Source: Gammaproteobacteria bacterium (GTDB taxonomy: Bacteria; Pseudomonadota; Gammaproteobacteria; GCA-002705445; GCA-002716945). Taken from it: a stretch of 64,000 nucleotides of DNA. A program made the translations under genes and the position numbers. Below are positions 1 to 11,569 of this stretch, piece after piece. Within the stretch, counting starts at the first letter, position 1; each line of letters opens with the position of its first letter. The notes beneath the pieces are model-generated. The model had not been told where the DNA came from. It was given only the letters and a program-made list of their open reading frames with translations, and ran no database searches. The stretch lies in contig JAYQJW010000002.1 of NCBI GenBank assembly GCA_038142325.1, forward strand, positions 491,324 to 555,323, written 5' to 3'.

Positions 1-126
1 AAAAAAATACTTGAAGATTACCTTGTTGCCGCATGTAACGATGCCATGAACAAACTAGAAAAAGAAACAAAAGATAAAATGGGTAGTGTTATGAACTTAC
101 CTGGCGGCATGAAGTTACCATTTTAA
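1..126 (+). CDS. ybaB: YbaB/EbfC nucleoid-associated protein, 3' part (truncated by window edge)
   Basis: Hand translation of frame 1: KKILEDYLVAACNDAMNKLEKETKDKMGSVMNLPGGMKLPF*; typical LEDL..AA.NDA and GMKLPF end; directly upstream of recR. Confidence 0.92.
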   Translation, partial: KKILEDYLVAACNDAMNKLEKETKDKMGSVMNLPGGMKLPF

Positions 127-131
127 TTTAA

Positions 132-752
132 ATGATTAAATCTAAATATCTTGAAAATCTCATAGATGCATTAACTATTTTACCAGGTGTAGGACGTAAG
201 AGCGCTCAGCGAATGGCCTATCAGCTGCTTAACTCTAATCCTGAAAAATCAATTCATTTAGCAAATCAACTCAATAACATTGACTCTAAAATATCTAAGT
301 GCAAAATTTGTGGATTATTCATGGATATAGATGAGGTTGAAATTCAGAGCGATGATTCATGTCATTTTTGCGAGAGAGAAAATAGAGATCCATCACTAAT
401 TTGTATAGTTGAGTCTGCAACAGATGTTTATACAATTGATGAAAGCACAAACTATCGTGGATATTTCTTTGTTTTACAAGGTAACTTATCACCTATTGAT
501 GGAAGAGGTCCATCAGAAATAGGTTTAGATAAACTTGAAATGAAACTATCAAAAAAAAATATCAATGAACTAATTCTTGCAACTAGTACAACAATCGAAG
601 GTGAAGCAACTGCACATTACATTAAAGATATGGCCTCTAGGCAAAATATTAATATCTCACGACTAGCATTTGGTTTACCATTAAATGGTGAAATTAGTTT
701 TCTAGATAATGAAACAATATCTCATGCTTTTAATGAAAGAAAAACATTTTAA
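132..752 (+). CDS. recR: Recombination mediator RecR
   Basis: LPGVGRKSAQRMA HhH, C4 zinc finger, Toprim with LSPIDG and TIEGEATA. Confidence 0.97.
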   Translation: MIKSKYLENLIDALTILPGVGRKSAQRMAYQLLNSNPEKSIHLANQLNNIDSKISKCKICGLFMDIDEVEIQSDDSCHFCERENRDPSLICIVESATDVYTIDESTNYRGYFFVLQGNLSPIDGRGPSEIGLDKLEMKLSKKNINELILATSTTIEGEATAHYIKDMASRQNINISRLAFGLPLNGEISFLDNETISHAFNERKTF

Positions 753-1087
753 AGCATTACGGCTTTATCTATTTTAGCAGCACATATAAAATCGTTTTCG
801 GATAAACCATCAATTGCATATGTAAAGTATTTAACTTTTGCGGTGTTATAGCCAAAGGTTATTTCAGGATGGTGATCTTCACTATGTGAAATATATATTA
901 TTAAATTTATTATGGAGGATATCTCATAATGATTCTTGCGAGTATATATTTTTTCAATAAATTTAAAATCATCACTAAGTTTCCACTCAGAATCTAATTT
1001 AGATAATAATTTTTCAGCCTCATTTTTTGAAAGTGTATCTAGACCCCCTTCACATGGTACACACTTTTTTTTATCTAAATCAGTCAT
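749..1087 (-). CDS. phhB: Pterin-4-alpha-carbinolamine dehydratase
   Basis: CVPCEGG start, EDHHPEI motif, GLSENDFICAAKID end. Confidence 0.93.
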   Translation of the reverse strand: MTDLDKKKCVPCEGGLDTLSKNEAEKLLSKLDSEWKLSDDFKFIEKIYTRKNHYEISSIINLIIYISHSEDHHPEITFGYNTAKVKYFTYAIDGLSENDFICAAKIDKAVML

Positions 1088-2306
1088 TTTTAATATTAAG
1101 GTTATTTATTCTCTCCAATACAGTTGGATGTGAGTAATAAACCATAGCATAAAGTTTGTTTGGTATTAAGAAAGTTAAATTTGATTTGTATAATTTTGTT
1201 AGAGAGCTTATCAAAAGACTTTTATCTACTTGTTTTGAAGCAAAACTATCAGCTTCGTACTCATTTTTTCTTGATAGTACAGAAAAAAATGGATCAATAA
1301 AAAAGCTGACAACTTGATATGTGAAGATTAGTGCAATAAGTTGTGAAGCTTCATTAAATGGTAAATTTAAAAGCTCAAGGTATGCTGAACTATTAATTAG
1401 ATTTGATAGAACAAATAAACCTAAAAAAATTATAATCGTTGATAACAACAATGACTTAGAAATATGTTTATGCTTATAGTGACCTATTTCATGAGCCAAT
1501 ACAGCTTTAATTTCTTTTGGGTTTAATAGCTCTAGAAGAGTATCGTAAAATACAATCCTTCTATTTTTAGAAAAACCAGTGAAATAAGCATTTGGATGTT
1601 TTGATCTTTTCGATTGATTCATTACGAACAAATTATCAATACTAAAGTTCGTTCTTTTTGATAGATCATCGATTTCATTTTTTATTTCTTCATCATCAAG
1701 GTTTTCAAATTTATTAAATAATGGAGATATGTATGTTGGATATATGAAAATACTTATTATAGTTATTGAAAAAATTGTCAATGCCATTAAAAACCACCAC
1801 ATGTCTTTGAAATCAATTATGTAAAAGAAAACAGAACTTATAAATGCAACTAAAACTAAAAACATAACAATTGATATGAGTTGATCCTTAAAGAATAGAA
1901 ACTTTGTTGATGTATTGAATTCATATTTTGTCTCAATAACAAATGTTGAGTAATATGATAACGGTAACATTGATAAAACAATGACTAATAATACGGTTAG
2001 CACAGTTAATAAGTTTATAAAGTAGTCATTAATAAAATAAATATTTATTATTGTATTTATTTGATAGACACCTCCGCCAATTAATAAATAATATACCCAT
2101 GACATATATATAATGTTTCTTAACATCGATATTCGAAGTTTAGAAATATTATATGAGCGTGATTTGGATTCTTGTTGCTCATCTATACCTAATAATGCTG
2201 CAGATTGTGGATCAACCTTTGCTGTTTTAGTTGTGTGTATTTGCATTGCGTCAAGCGCAAGTTTTGCAAATAGGTACAACAAAATAATTAATGTTACTTC
2301 ACTCAT
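1080..2306 (-). CDS. M48 family (Ste24-like) membrane metalloprotease
   Basis: NAYFTG, RIVFYDTLL, AVLAHEIGH (HExxH), SRKNEYEAD, YSHPTVLERI; several TM helices; divergent from orn. Confidence 0.93.
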   Translation of the reverse strand: MSEVTLIILLYLFAKLALDAMQIHTTKTAKVDPQSAALLGIDEQQESKSRSYNISKLRISMLRNIIYMSWVYYLLIGGGVYQINTIINIYFINDYFINLLTVLTVLLVIVLSMLPLSYYSTFVIETKYEFNTSTKFLFFKDQLISIVMFLVLVAFISSVFFYIIDFKDMWWFLMALTIFSITIISIFIYPTYISPLFNKFENLDDEEIKNEIDDLSKRTNFSIDNLFVMNQSKRSKHPNAYFTGFSKNRRIVFYDTLLELLNPKEIKAVLAHEIGHYKHKHISKSLLLSTIIIFLGLFVLSNLINSSAYLELLNLPFNEASQLIALIFTYQVVSFFIDPFFSVLSRKNEYEADSFASKQVDKSLLISSLTKLYKSNLTFLIPNKLYAMVYYSHPTVLERINNLNIKND

Positions 2307-2353
2307 AATTAATGTGGTTTTACTTTACTATACAATTATACTAACCTTAGCTC

Positions 2354-2896
2354 ATGAAAGATAGAAGTAACATGATTTGGATTGATCTTGAAATGACGGG
2401 ACTCGATACTCAAAGAGATTACATTATAGAAATTGCATCGATTATTACAGACAAAAACTTAAATATTCTTGATGAGGGACCCAATTTAGTTATAAATCAA
2501 CCAGATGAGATTTTAAATTCTATGGATAAATGGAATACAGACCATCACAACAATAGTGGTTTAGTTCAGAAAGTTAAAGATAGCAATATAACTGAATCGA
2601 TAGCTGAAAAACAAACAATTCAATTTTTATCAAAATATGTATCAAAAGGGACTGCGCCTTTATGTGGTAACACAATTTGTCAAGATAGAAGATTTTTAGC
2701 ACGATGCATGCCTGAGTTAGAGGCATTCTGTCATTATAGAAGTATCGATGTTAGCTCAATACGAGAGCTTGGAAAAAGATGGTACTTTGAAGATATTGAT
2801 AATTTTCAAAAACATTCTAACCATAGAGCTCTAGACGATATCAGAGATTCAATTGATGAATTGAGATATTACAGGAAAACTATTTTTAAGCTTTAG
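2354..2896 (+). CDS. orn: Oligoribonuclease
   Basis: [31 protein letters not shown]. Confidence 0.97.
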   Translation: MKDRSNMIWIDLEMTGLDTQRDYIIEIASIITDKNLNILDEGPNLVINQPDEILNSMDKWNTDHHNNSGLVQKVKDSNITESIAEKQTIQFLSKYVSKGTAPLCGNTICQDRRFLARCMPELEAFCHYRSIDVSSIRELGKRWYFEDIDNFQKHSNHRALDDIRDSIDELRYYRKTIFKL

Positions 2897-4493
2897 AAAC
2901 TAGTTTCATGAAGTAATCTTTCTTATTATTTTTTAGCTTAGTCGCGTTTTTATATTTTTCATCTTGATATAAATAATCTTTATTATAATGAAGACCTCGG
3001 CTTTCTTTTCTGTATGAAGCTGATCTTATGATTATGTCAGCAACATCAATAATATTTCTTAATTCAAGCAAATCGACAGTAATAGAATGTGTATGATAAA
3101 ACTCATTTATTTCACTGTGTATAAGACTTAATCGCTCTTTGGCATACGCTAGCATTTTATCTGATCTAACAATACCAACATAATTCCACATAATCTTTCT
3201 CAATTCAGCCCAGTTATGTTTTATAAGTACTGTTTCTTCATTGGGCTTTGAAACATAGCTATCATCCCACAAAGGCAATTCATTTTTTTTGCTAAAGCCA
3301 GTGTTTATCATTTTGATTTTTTTACAGCACTCCATTGCCATGACTGAGCATTCAAGTAGAGAATTACTTGCAAGTCGGTTTGCTCCATGAAGACCTGTAT
3401 GAGCTACTTCTCCTATAGCAAATAGATTGATGCATTCTGTTTGGCCAGAGACTGTTGTTTCAATTCCACCACATGTATAATGTGCAGCCGGAACAACAGG
3501 TATCGGTTCTTTTGTGATATCAATTCCTAATTCCAAGCATCTTTGATAAATAGTTGGAAATCTTGAAAGTATAAAATTTTTATCTTTCGATGATATATCA
3601 AGATATACATGATCGTAATTGTTATTCTTCATCTCAGAGTCAATTGCTCTTGCAACAACATCTCTTGGTGCAAGTTCAGCACGATCATCATATTTTTTCA
3701 TAAAGCAATTACCATGCAAGTCCTTTAGCTTTGCTCCTTCTCCTCTTAGAGATTCTGATATAAGAAAATTTTTTTCATCAGGATGAAATAAACATGTAGG
3801 ATGAAATTGAATAAATTCCATGTTTGTAACAGTGCAACCAAATCTCCAAGCCATTGCTATGCCATCTCCCGTAGAAGTTTGTGGATTTGTTGTATATTGA
3901 TATATCTTGCTTGCACCACCAGATGCTAGGATGGTTATATTTGATTTAATTGTTATTACATCTTTTTGATCATTGTCAAATGCATACAACCCTTCACACA
4001 TACTATCTTTTTTACCTATTAAATCTATCGCCATGAAATTTTCTTTGTATGTGATATTTTCTGAATTCATAATTATTTTCATCAGAGATGTGTGAATCTC
4101 TTCACCTGTATTATCGTTATGATAAATTATCCTTCTCTTAGAATGACCGCCCTCAAGAGTTTGATTGAATATTTGTCCTTCTTTATTAAACTTAACTCCA
4201 TGTCGAGCAAGAAGATCAATGCTTTGCTTACCTTGTTTAATGATATTCTCTACTGCATTAACATCACAAAGTTCATGCCCATTTTTTACAGTATCTTTAA
4301 TATGGTAATTAACATGATCATTATCATCTACGACAGCCGCAATACCTCCTTGTGCCCATGCAGTTGAACATTTATTCGAGGAGGACTTGCTTATTATTGT
4401 GACCTTAAATTCTTTAGACAATTCTATTGCAGCAAGTAATCCTGATACACCTGTCCCAACAATCAAGATTTCCGTATTAATTCTAGTCGGCAT
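2886..4493 (-). CDS. nadB: L-aspartate oxidase
   Basis: [43 protein letters not shown]; divergent from rpoE. Confidence 0.97.
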   Translation of the reverse strand: MPTRINTEILIVGTGVSGLLAAIELSKEFKVTIISKSSSNKCSTAWAQGGIAAVVDDNDHVNYHIKDTVKNGHELCDVNAVENIIKQGKQSIDLLARHGVKFNKEGQIFNQTLEGGHSKRRIIYHNDNTGEEIHTSLMKIIMNSENITYKENFMAIDLIGKKDSMCEGLYAFDNDQKDVITIKSNITILASGGASKIYQYTTNPQTSTGDGIAMAWRFGCTVTNMEFIQFHPTCLFHPDEKNFLISESLRGEGAKLKDLHGNCFMKKYDDRAELAPRDVVARAIDSEMKNNNYDHVYLDISSKDKNFILSRFPTIYQRCLELGIDITKEPIPVVPAAHYTCGGIETTVSGQTECINLFAIGEVAHTGLHGANRLASNSLLECSVMAMECCKKIKMINTGFSKKNELPLWDDSYVSKPNEETVLIKHNWAELRKIMWNYVGIVRSDKMLAYAKERLSLIHSEINEFYHTHSITVDLLELRNIIDVADIIIRSASYRKESRGLHYNKDYLYQDEKYKNATKLKNNKKDYFMKLVSKA

Positions 4494-4518
4494 ATACTAT
4501 AAAATAACACAATAAAAA

Positions 4519-5093
4519 ATGACTACAAATATCAATATCGAAGAGGATGATGAGATCATAAAAAGGTGTCTATCTGGAGAGATAGAAGCGTTTAGATACC
4601 TTGTTGAGAAATATCAGATTAGAATAATCAACACATGCTTCAAGTACACTAAAATTTTGTTGATGCTGAAGATGTAGCACAAGAGGTGTTTCTCAGAGCT
4701 TATGATAATCTAAATAATTTTAAGTTTGATAGTAAATTTTATTCTTGGTTATACAGAATTGCAGTAAATACTAGTCTTAATTACATTAACTCTAAAGAAA
4801 AACGTAAAGAAAAAGAAACTATTTCTGATGAATCCTGTCTAAATAATTCAAATACATCATCTGATAATCCTAGTGATTATTATCAGATGTTGGAGTTAAT
4901 AGATAAAGTTGAGCCTTTATTTGATAATTTACCTGATGATTTAAAAAAGTTGTTAGAGTTATATGAAATTTATGATTACTCTTATGAAGAAATATCAAAA
5001 AAACTCTCTGTGCCAATCGGAACTGTGCGATCAAGGTTGCACAGAGCAAGGAGTATGCTAATCTCGAATTTTAAAGATTTATACGATGAATAA
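4519..5093 (+). CDS. rpoE: ECF sigma factor RpoE/AlgU (one frameshift near 4651)
   Basis: ATG at 4519 gives MTTNINIEEDDEIIKRCLSGEIEAFRYLVEKYQ; adding one A to the run at ~4651 joins it to DAEDVAQEVFLRAY, FYSWLYRIAVN, PIGTVRSRLHRAR. Confidence 0.93.
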
Positions 5094-5442
5094 AAACTAT
5101 AAAATACTGGGAATAATAATAAGCGGGTTGAACAAAGACTACCCGAATAAAATATCAAAAAATTTCACAGATAATGTTATGCGTAAAATAAATTCAAAAC
5201 AAATATCTAATAAAATTTCATTTAACAAAACAGATTTACTTAATATTGCTGCATCTATATTTTTCGCAGTTATTACATCAATAATCTTACTTGACTTTAA
5301 CTCAACTGAAAATAATCTTACTGTAAAAAAAGTAAATGAAAAAGAGGCTATAAATAAAGACATCATTAGAAAAGTAATTGATAAAGATGCCTGCACAGAT
5401 GAGATTAAAAATGATACTATTACAGGCAATGAATGTAATTAA
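5086..5442 (+). CDS. Reduced RseA/MucA-like anti-sigma factor (single TM)
   Basis: Position between rpoE and mucD; YKILG...NFTDNVMRKI and a TM segment with IAASIFFAV resemble RseA; only 118 aa. Confidence 0.6.
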   Translation: MNKNYKILGIIISGLNKDYPNKISKNFTDNVMRKINSKQISNKISFNKTDLLNIAASIFFAVITSIILLDFNSTENNLTVKKVNEKEAINKDIIRKVIDKDACTDEIKNDTITGNECN

Positions 5443-6838
5443 ACTCAGTAAATATATTACAACCTATCTTTCTATAGCACTTTTTTATTCAGCAAGTGCA
5501 TTTGCTCAATCATATCCTGATTTTACTGAAATTGTAGAACAAAATATGCCTGCAGTTGTAATTGTCAATGCTACTCGATCTAAGCCAAATACCAATAATA
5601 ATCAGTTTCAAACTCCACCTGGGATGCCTGATGAATTCAATGATTTATTTAAAAAATTTTTTGATGAGAGAAGAGATGCGCCAGAGAGAAGGGCTCCTAG
5701 TTCTGGCTCAGGTTTTATTTTATCTAGCGATGGATACATTATGACTAATCATCATGTAGTCAATGGTGCTGATAAAATTATGATACTTACTAATGATCAA
5801 TCAACATATGAGGCTGAACTTATAGGTTCTGATAAAAGGAGTGATTTGGCTCTCCTTAAAATTGACTCAAGAAACTTACCTACAGTAAGAATCGCATCAG
5901 ATGACAATGTTAAATTAGGAGAATGGGTTCTAGCAATTGGATCTCCTTTTGGATTCAACCAAACAGTAACGGCCGGTATCGTGAGTGGCAAGCAAAGAAA
6001 GTTAGCTGGTGATAATTACGTTCCATACATACAAACAGATGTTGCTATTAATCCTGGCAATTCAGGCGGCCCTTTGTTTAATTTATCTGGCGAGGTAATT
6101 GGTGTTAATGCACAGATATATAGTAGAACAGGTGGTTTTATGGGCGTTTCATTTGCAATACCTTCTGATACCGTGAATGATGTTTACTATCAATTAAAAA
6201 CAAAAGGAAAAGTTAGTAGAGGATGGCTTGGTGTTTATATCCAAGAGATAGACGATAAACTTGCTAAAAGTTTTGGTATGAAAAAATCTAAGGGAGCTCT
6301 TGTAAGTAAAGTCCTTTCAAATAGTCCCGCAGAGAAAGCCAAAATTCAACAAGGCGATGTTATTTTAAAATTCAATAACAATGATATAAATAAATCCACA
6401 GACTTACCTCTTGTGGTGGGACAATCTAAAGTAGGACAATCATTTAATGTACAAATCATGAGAAATAGAATGATTATGAATTTATCAGTTACACTTGAGG
6501 AGCTACCTACAGAGGAAAAAATAGCTTCTATCGGTTCAGGAAATAAAAAAATTATATCTAATGCAATATCAGGTATTTCTGTTAGAAATATGTCAATTGA
6601 TGACAAGAAGAATTTCGATTTATCAAGTGGTGTGGTTGTTACTGGTATTAATGAAAGTATCAATAACAACTATGATCTAAAATTGAATGACGTAATAACT
6701 AAGATAAATAATAAAGTCATTAACAACACTAATGATTTTACCAAGATTATGAATTCTGCGAGAAACAATAGCTATGTAAACCTACTTGTTTACAGACAAA
6801 CAACACCGCTATTCATTGCTCTAAAAATCTCTAAATAG
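5429..6838 (+). CDS. mucD: Do/DegQ-family periplasmic serine protease (MucD-like)
   Basis: Signal peptide, TNHHVV, SDLALLK, NPGNSGGPL, two PDZ domains; start placed at ATG 5429 rather than 5378. Confidence 0.9.
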   Translation: MNVIKLSKYITTYLSIALFYSASAFAQSYPDFTEIVEQNMPAVVIVNATRSKPNTNNNQFQTPPGMPDEFNDLFKKFFDERRDAPERRAPSSGSGFILSSDGYIMTNHHVVNGADKIMILTNDQSTYEAELIGSDKRSDLALLKIDSRNLPTVRIASDDNVKLGEWVLAIGSPFGFNQTVTAGIVSGKQRKLAGDNYVPYIQTDVAINPGNSGGPLFNLSGEVIGVNAQIYSRTGGFMGVSFAIPSDTVNDVYYQLKTKGKVSRGWLGVYIQEIDDKLAKSFGMKKSKGALVSKVLSNSPAEKAKIQQGDVILKFNNNDINKSTDLPLVVGQSKVGQSFNVQIMRNRMIMNLSVTLEELPTEEKIASIGSGNKKIISNAISGISVRNMSIDDKKNFDLSSGVVVTGINESINNNYDLKLNDVITKINNKVINNTNDFTKIMNSARNNSYVNLLVYRQTTPLFIALKISK

Positions 6839-6840
6839 AT

Positions 6841-6868
6841 TTGACGTTTTAAGCCTCTAATATATCAT
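6841..6868 (+). promoter_or_regulatory. Candidate sigma70 promoter for lepA
   Basis: TTGACG (6841-6846), 16 nt, TATCAT (6863-6868); ATG follows 9 nt later with no SD. Confidence 0.45.
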
Positions 6869-6877
6869 AGAGCCATA

Positions 6878-8662
6878 ATGAATATTAGAAACATAGCTAT
6901 AGTAGCTCACATTGACCATGGAAAATCTACTCTAGCTGATCGTCTGATTGAAAAGTATGGTGAAATAAACACCAGAAACATGCAAGATCAAGTCCTAGAT
7001 TCAATGGACCTCGAAAGAGAGCGTGGTATTACAATTAAAGCTCAAACAGTTTCTCTGAAAGTGAAATATGAAGGCGAAGAGTTCAATCTTAATATAATCG
7101 ATACTCCGGGTCATGTAGATTTCTCTTACGAGGTATCAAGATCATTGTCAGCATGTGATGGAGTAATATTACTTGTAGATGCAACGCAAGGTATAGAGGC
7201 TCAGACCTTAGCACATTATAATCTTGCTACAGAATTGAAACTCAAAATTATTCCCGTTATAAATAAGGTAGATCTTCCGTCAGCAGATACAGCATCTGTA
7301 TCAAAGGATTTATCTGAATTAACAGGAGTTTCAGAAAACGAAATAATAAAAGTAAGTGCCAAATCCGGTTTAGGTATTGATGATTTAATAACAAGTATTT
7401 TGTTAGATATACCAGCACCTAAAGGACAAAATAATCTAGAATTGAAAGCTCTTATTATAGATTCTTGGTTTGATAACTATTTAGGCATTGTTGTTCTAAT
7501 AAAAGTAATTGACGGTGAAATAAATCTAAAAGATAAAATTAAAATACTTTCTAATAATAGAGAATTTATTGTTGATAAACTTGGAACATTTAATCCTGAA
7601 ATGAAGAACACATCTTGTTTAAAATCAGGTATGGTTGGTTTTATGATTGCATCTATTAAAACACTTGATTCTGCACCTGTTGGAGACACCATCACGCTCT
7701 CAAAATTTAATAATATAAAGGCATTTCCAGGATTTAAGAAAATTCAGCCGAGAGTTTTTTCAGGATTTTATCCAGTAGATTCAAATGACTATCAAGAATC
7801 AAAAAAAGCATTAGACAAACTATCTTTAAACGATAATTCTTTTACATATGAACCTGAGAGTTCACAATCACTTGGACATGGCTTTAGATGTGGCTTTTTA
7901 GGATTGTTACACATGGAAATTATCAGAGAGCGTGTCCAAAGGGAATATAATCTTGAGTTTCTTATGACTGTCCCATCCGTTACATACCGCGTGGAAGATA
8001 AAAAAGGAAAGTTTATAGATATAACGAAGCCTAGTGATTTGCCAGAAGATAACAGTATAAAATGCTACTATGAACCTATTGCATTAATCTCTATTGTCTG
8101 TCCTGCAGAGTATCTTGGTTCAGTTATTGAATTATGTACATCTAAAAGGGGTAATCAAAAAGATTTAATATATCGTTCAAACATGGTTGAGATAAAATAT
8201 GAAATTCCATTATCTGAAATCATATATGATTTTTTTGATACTCTAAATTCTGTATCTAAAGGTTATGCATCTTATGATTATGATGTAATTGATTACATTG
8301 AGAGTAAAATGATTAAACTTGATATCCATGTCAATAAGAAAAAAGTGGATGCACTATCTCAAATATTACATAAAGATAACTCTTATAGAAGATCAAGAGA
8401 ATTGATTGAAAACTTAAAAAAACTTATTCCCAGACAAAATTTTGAGATTACAATACAAGGCTGTATCGGTTCAAAAATCATTTCTCCAACTTCTATTCGA
8501 GGATATCGTAAAGATGTCACTGCTAAGTTATATGGTGGTGATGTTACGCGAAAGATGAAACTTTTAAAGAAACAAAAAGAAGGTAAGAAAAAGATGAAAA
8601 AAATTGGTAACGTGGAAATTCCGAGAGAAGCATTTTATAAATTCTTGTCTACCTCAGATTAA
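6878..8662 (+). CDS. lepA: Elongation factor 4
   Basis: AHIDHGKSTLADR, DTPGHVDF, GFRCGFLGLLH, RKDVTAKLYGGD. Confidence 0.98.
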   Translation: MNIRNIAIVAHIDHGKSTLADRLIEKYGEINTRNMQDQVLDSMDLERERGITIKAQTVSLKVKYEGEEFNLNIIDTPGHVDFSYEVSRSLSACDGVILLVDATQGIEAQTLAHYNLATELKLKIIPVINKVDLPSADTASVSKDLSELTGVSENEIIKVSAKSGLGIDDLITSILLDIPAPKGQNNLELKALIIDSWFDNYLGIVVLIKVIDGEINLKDKIKILSNNREFIVDKLGTFNPEMKNTSCLKSGMVGFMIASIKTLDSAPVGDTITLSKFNNIKAFPGFKKIQPRVFSGFYPVDSNDYQESKKALDKLSLNDNSFTYEPESSQSLGHGFRCGFLGLLHMEIIRERVQREYNLEFLMTVPSVTYRVEDKKGKFIDITKPSDLPEDNSIKCYYEPIALISIVCPAEYLGSVIELCTSKRGNQKDLIYRSNMVEIKYEIPLSEIIYDFFDTLNSVSKGYASYDYDVIDYIESKMIKLDIHVNKKKVDALSQILHKDNSYRRSRELIENLKKLIPRQNFEITIQGCIGSKIISPTSIRGYRKDVTAKLYGGDVTRKMKLLKKQKEGKKKMKKIGNVEIPREAFYKFLSTSD

Positions 8663-8665
8663 ATC

Positions 8666-9393
8666 ATGGATTTTACATTTATATTAGTTCTTGCAACTTT
8701 GATAACGGGCATTCTGAGCCTAGTTAAGTTAAATCAATCAATAATTATTCATATCAGAGAATTCTCTGCTTCTATATTTCCTATTTTATTTGTTGTGTTG
8801 ATTATACGATCATTTTTTATAGAACCTTATAAAATTCCATCTGGCTCTATGATACCAACTCTTATGATTGGTGATTTTATTCTTGTTGATAAGAATATTT
8901 ATGGTTATAAGCTTCCACTTACAAACATTACTTTATTTGAAAATGAAAGCCCAAAAAGAGGCGATGTAGTTGTGTTTAAGTATCCAGAAAATAAAAAAAT
9001 TAATTATATAAAACGAGTTATTGCTTTACCTGGTGACAATATAATTTATAAAAATAAAAAATTATATGTTAATAATAATGAATATAAGACGCTTAAAATA
9101 AATCATTCTTTTGATCCTGTTGAAATAGCTGATGGTAATGTATTTTATGAGGATAATTCTGAAAAAGCTATATGATTTTAAATCAATCATCTCCTTCTTT
9201 TGATTTTCAATATACCGTTCCTAATGACACATACTTTGTATTAGGTGACAACAGAGATAATTCTAATGACAGTCGATATTGGGGGCCAGTGCCAAAAGAA
9301 AATCTAGTTGGAAAAGCATTTTTTATTTGGATGTTTTGGAACCCTGATAGTTACTACAGCTTTTCTGACAGAGTGGGTACAAAAATTGAGTGA
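8666..9393 (+). CDS. lepB: Signal peptidase I (frameshift near 9165)
   Basis: [10 protein letters not shown] and [11 protein letters not shown] in the first ORF; [14 protein letters not shown] in the second. Confidence 0.94.
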
Positions 9394-10052
9394 TAGTCAT
9401 AATCAACTAATTAAGGATATTATTTCTGATTCCTTTGGATATGATATAAAAAATATTGATTATTTTATTTCCGCATTAACCCATAAAAGTAAATCAAAAA
9501 ATAACTATGAAAGAATGGAAATTCTTGGTGATGCAGTCTTACAACTGGTCATTACTGATATGTTGTTTAAAAAATATAAAGATTCTAACGAAGGAAGAAT
9601 TACCGTTATGAGGCAGAATCTTGTAAATAAAAATAACCTTAGAACTATATTCAAAAATTTGAAAATAGAAAAAGTTGTTCATGAGATTAACCCTCAAATT
9701 AAAGAATCTGATTTATATTCAGATATTCTAGAGTCCTTATTTGGAGCACTATATTTAGACAGTAGCTTTAATAAAGTCTCAAAAATAATTTGTACATTAT
9801 TTAGAGATCAATTAGATGATAATTTGTATTCAAAAGACGCTAAAACCAATTTGCAAGAATTCTTACAAAAAAAATGGAATGTCATTACCATTATACTCTA
9901 CGCACAAATCTCATAAAAAATCATTCAAATACTTAGTCAAATGTAAAATACCAAACACTACTATCTCTCTTCATCTAGATTCAAATAAAGTTAAACCTGC
10001 TGAACAAGAGCTTGCATTTTCTGCTCTAAAAATTCTTAATGAAGAAAATTAA
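9386..10052 (+). CDS. rnc: Ribonuclease III (frameshift in A-run ~9870; probable TTG start 9386)
   Basis: [42 protein letters not shown]; dsRBD remainder (AEQELA) in next frame. Confidence 0.92.
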
Positions 10053-10904
10053 AGTATTAATCATTGGTAAGAGCAATGTCGGTAAATCCTCATTCATTAA
10101 CTATATTACTAACAACAAGAGCTCATTAGTCTCTAACAAACTTCATTCAACACGCTTATCAACATATCACGAACTAAAAAATAAAAATTTTGATATTCAG
10201 TTTATCGATACCCCTGGCGTATCTCTATCAGATAACAACTTACTTGCACAAGCCATGAAAAGTCAGGCAATCAAGCATATTACAAATAGTGATATTATAA
10301 TTTTATTTACTCAACCTCAAAAATCGTATGAATATGAATTCAATTTAATCAATGATATCAAGCAAGCTAATAAAGAATATCTGATTTGTGTAAATAAATG
10401 TGATTTAGATATTAATGGCGACTTTCGAATTAATCTTGAACAGAAATTAAATACAAAAGACTACTCTGCAATATCACTTACTCAAAATTTAGATATTGAT
10501 ATTTTCATCATCAAACTTCTAAAACAAATAAATAATTTGATACCAACAACTTCACATATAAATGATAGTAAGAATAACTTATATATTATTCAAGAATTAA
10601 TACGAGAAACTATTATCAATAGAACTAATAAGGAATTACCATATGAGTCTGCGGTTAGAATTGTTGATTATAATAAGCAAAAAAATATGGATATCATTAA
10701 AGCTGAAATTATTGTATCAAAAGATAATCATAAAAAAATTGTCATAGGTAAAAATGGAAATATGATTAAGGAACTTGGCATTAAATCAAGAGAGAAGATA
10801 GAGGGTTTTCTTAATAAGAAAGTTAGTCTTCTTTTACATGTTTTGTTAAGGCTAACTGGAAGAATAACTCAGATTTACTCAAAGACTTTGGATATATTGA
10901 TTAA
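10039..10904 (+). CDS. era: GTPase Era (frameshift ~10842; true end probably KANWKNNSDLLKDFGYID* at 10904)
   Basis: GKSNVGKSS, DTPG, NKCD, ELPY, KKIVIGKNG KH domain; rnc-era-recO synteny. Confidence 0.93.
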
Positions 10905-11569
10905 ATGATAATATCAACACAAGGTTTTCTCATACATACTAGAAAATATAGAGAAACTAGCAGTATAGTCAATTTTTTTACCAGTGAAAAAGGTGTTCAA
11001 TCTCTTCTTTTTAAAGGTAAATATACAAATAAAGATAGATATCGTTTTTCCATATTTAATGAATATATTTTTACATTTGATGACAAATATAATCTTCCAT
11101 ATTTGTCAAAATGCGAACATGTCCATGATTATGGCTTCGATAAAAAATACTATCTTTTGGGTTTATATATAAATGAGCTCTTGTATAAAACTAGTAGAGA
11201 GGGTTTTGATTTTGATAAAATATATAAAAGATATAAAGATTTCTTAGTAATACTATCAAACTCTTCAGATAGTAGTAATAAACTTGCACTTTTTTTGAAA
11301 AAAATTTACTTCAAGATTTAGGTTATGAGTTAACAGTATGTGATAAAGATATTAGCTATAATGTGAATTATGAATATTCATTCGGCGAAGGGTTTAAAAA
11401 AAGTATATCACCCATGGACAACATGTCTGTATCAGGACAAGATCTGGAGCTATTCTTAGATAACACGATGAGTGATGAAAAAGAAGTTATAAAATTTAGA
11501 TCTATAATTAAAAATATATTTTCTAATGTCTATCCTGACCTAAGATTGACTGGCGACAGACTATTTTAA
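10905..11569 (+). CDS. recO: DNA repair protein RecO (frameshift ~11295)
   Basis: HTRKYRETSSIV, GLYINELL; shifted frame reads EKNLLQDLGYEL and continues into ORF 11363-11569. Confidence 0.9.
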
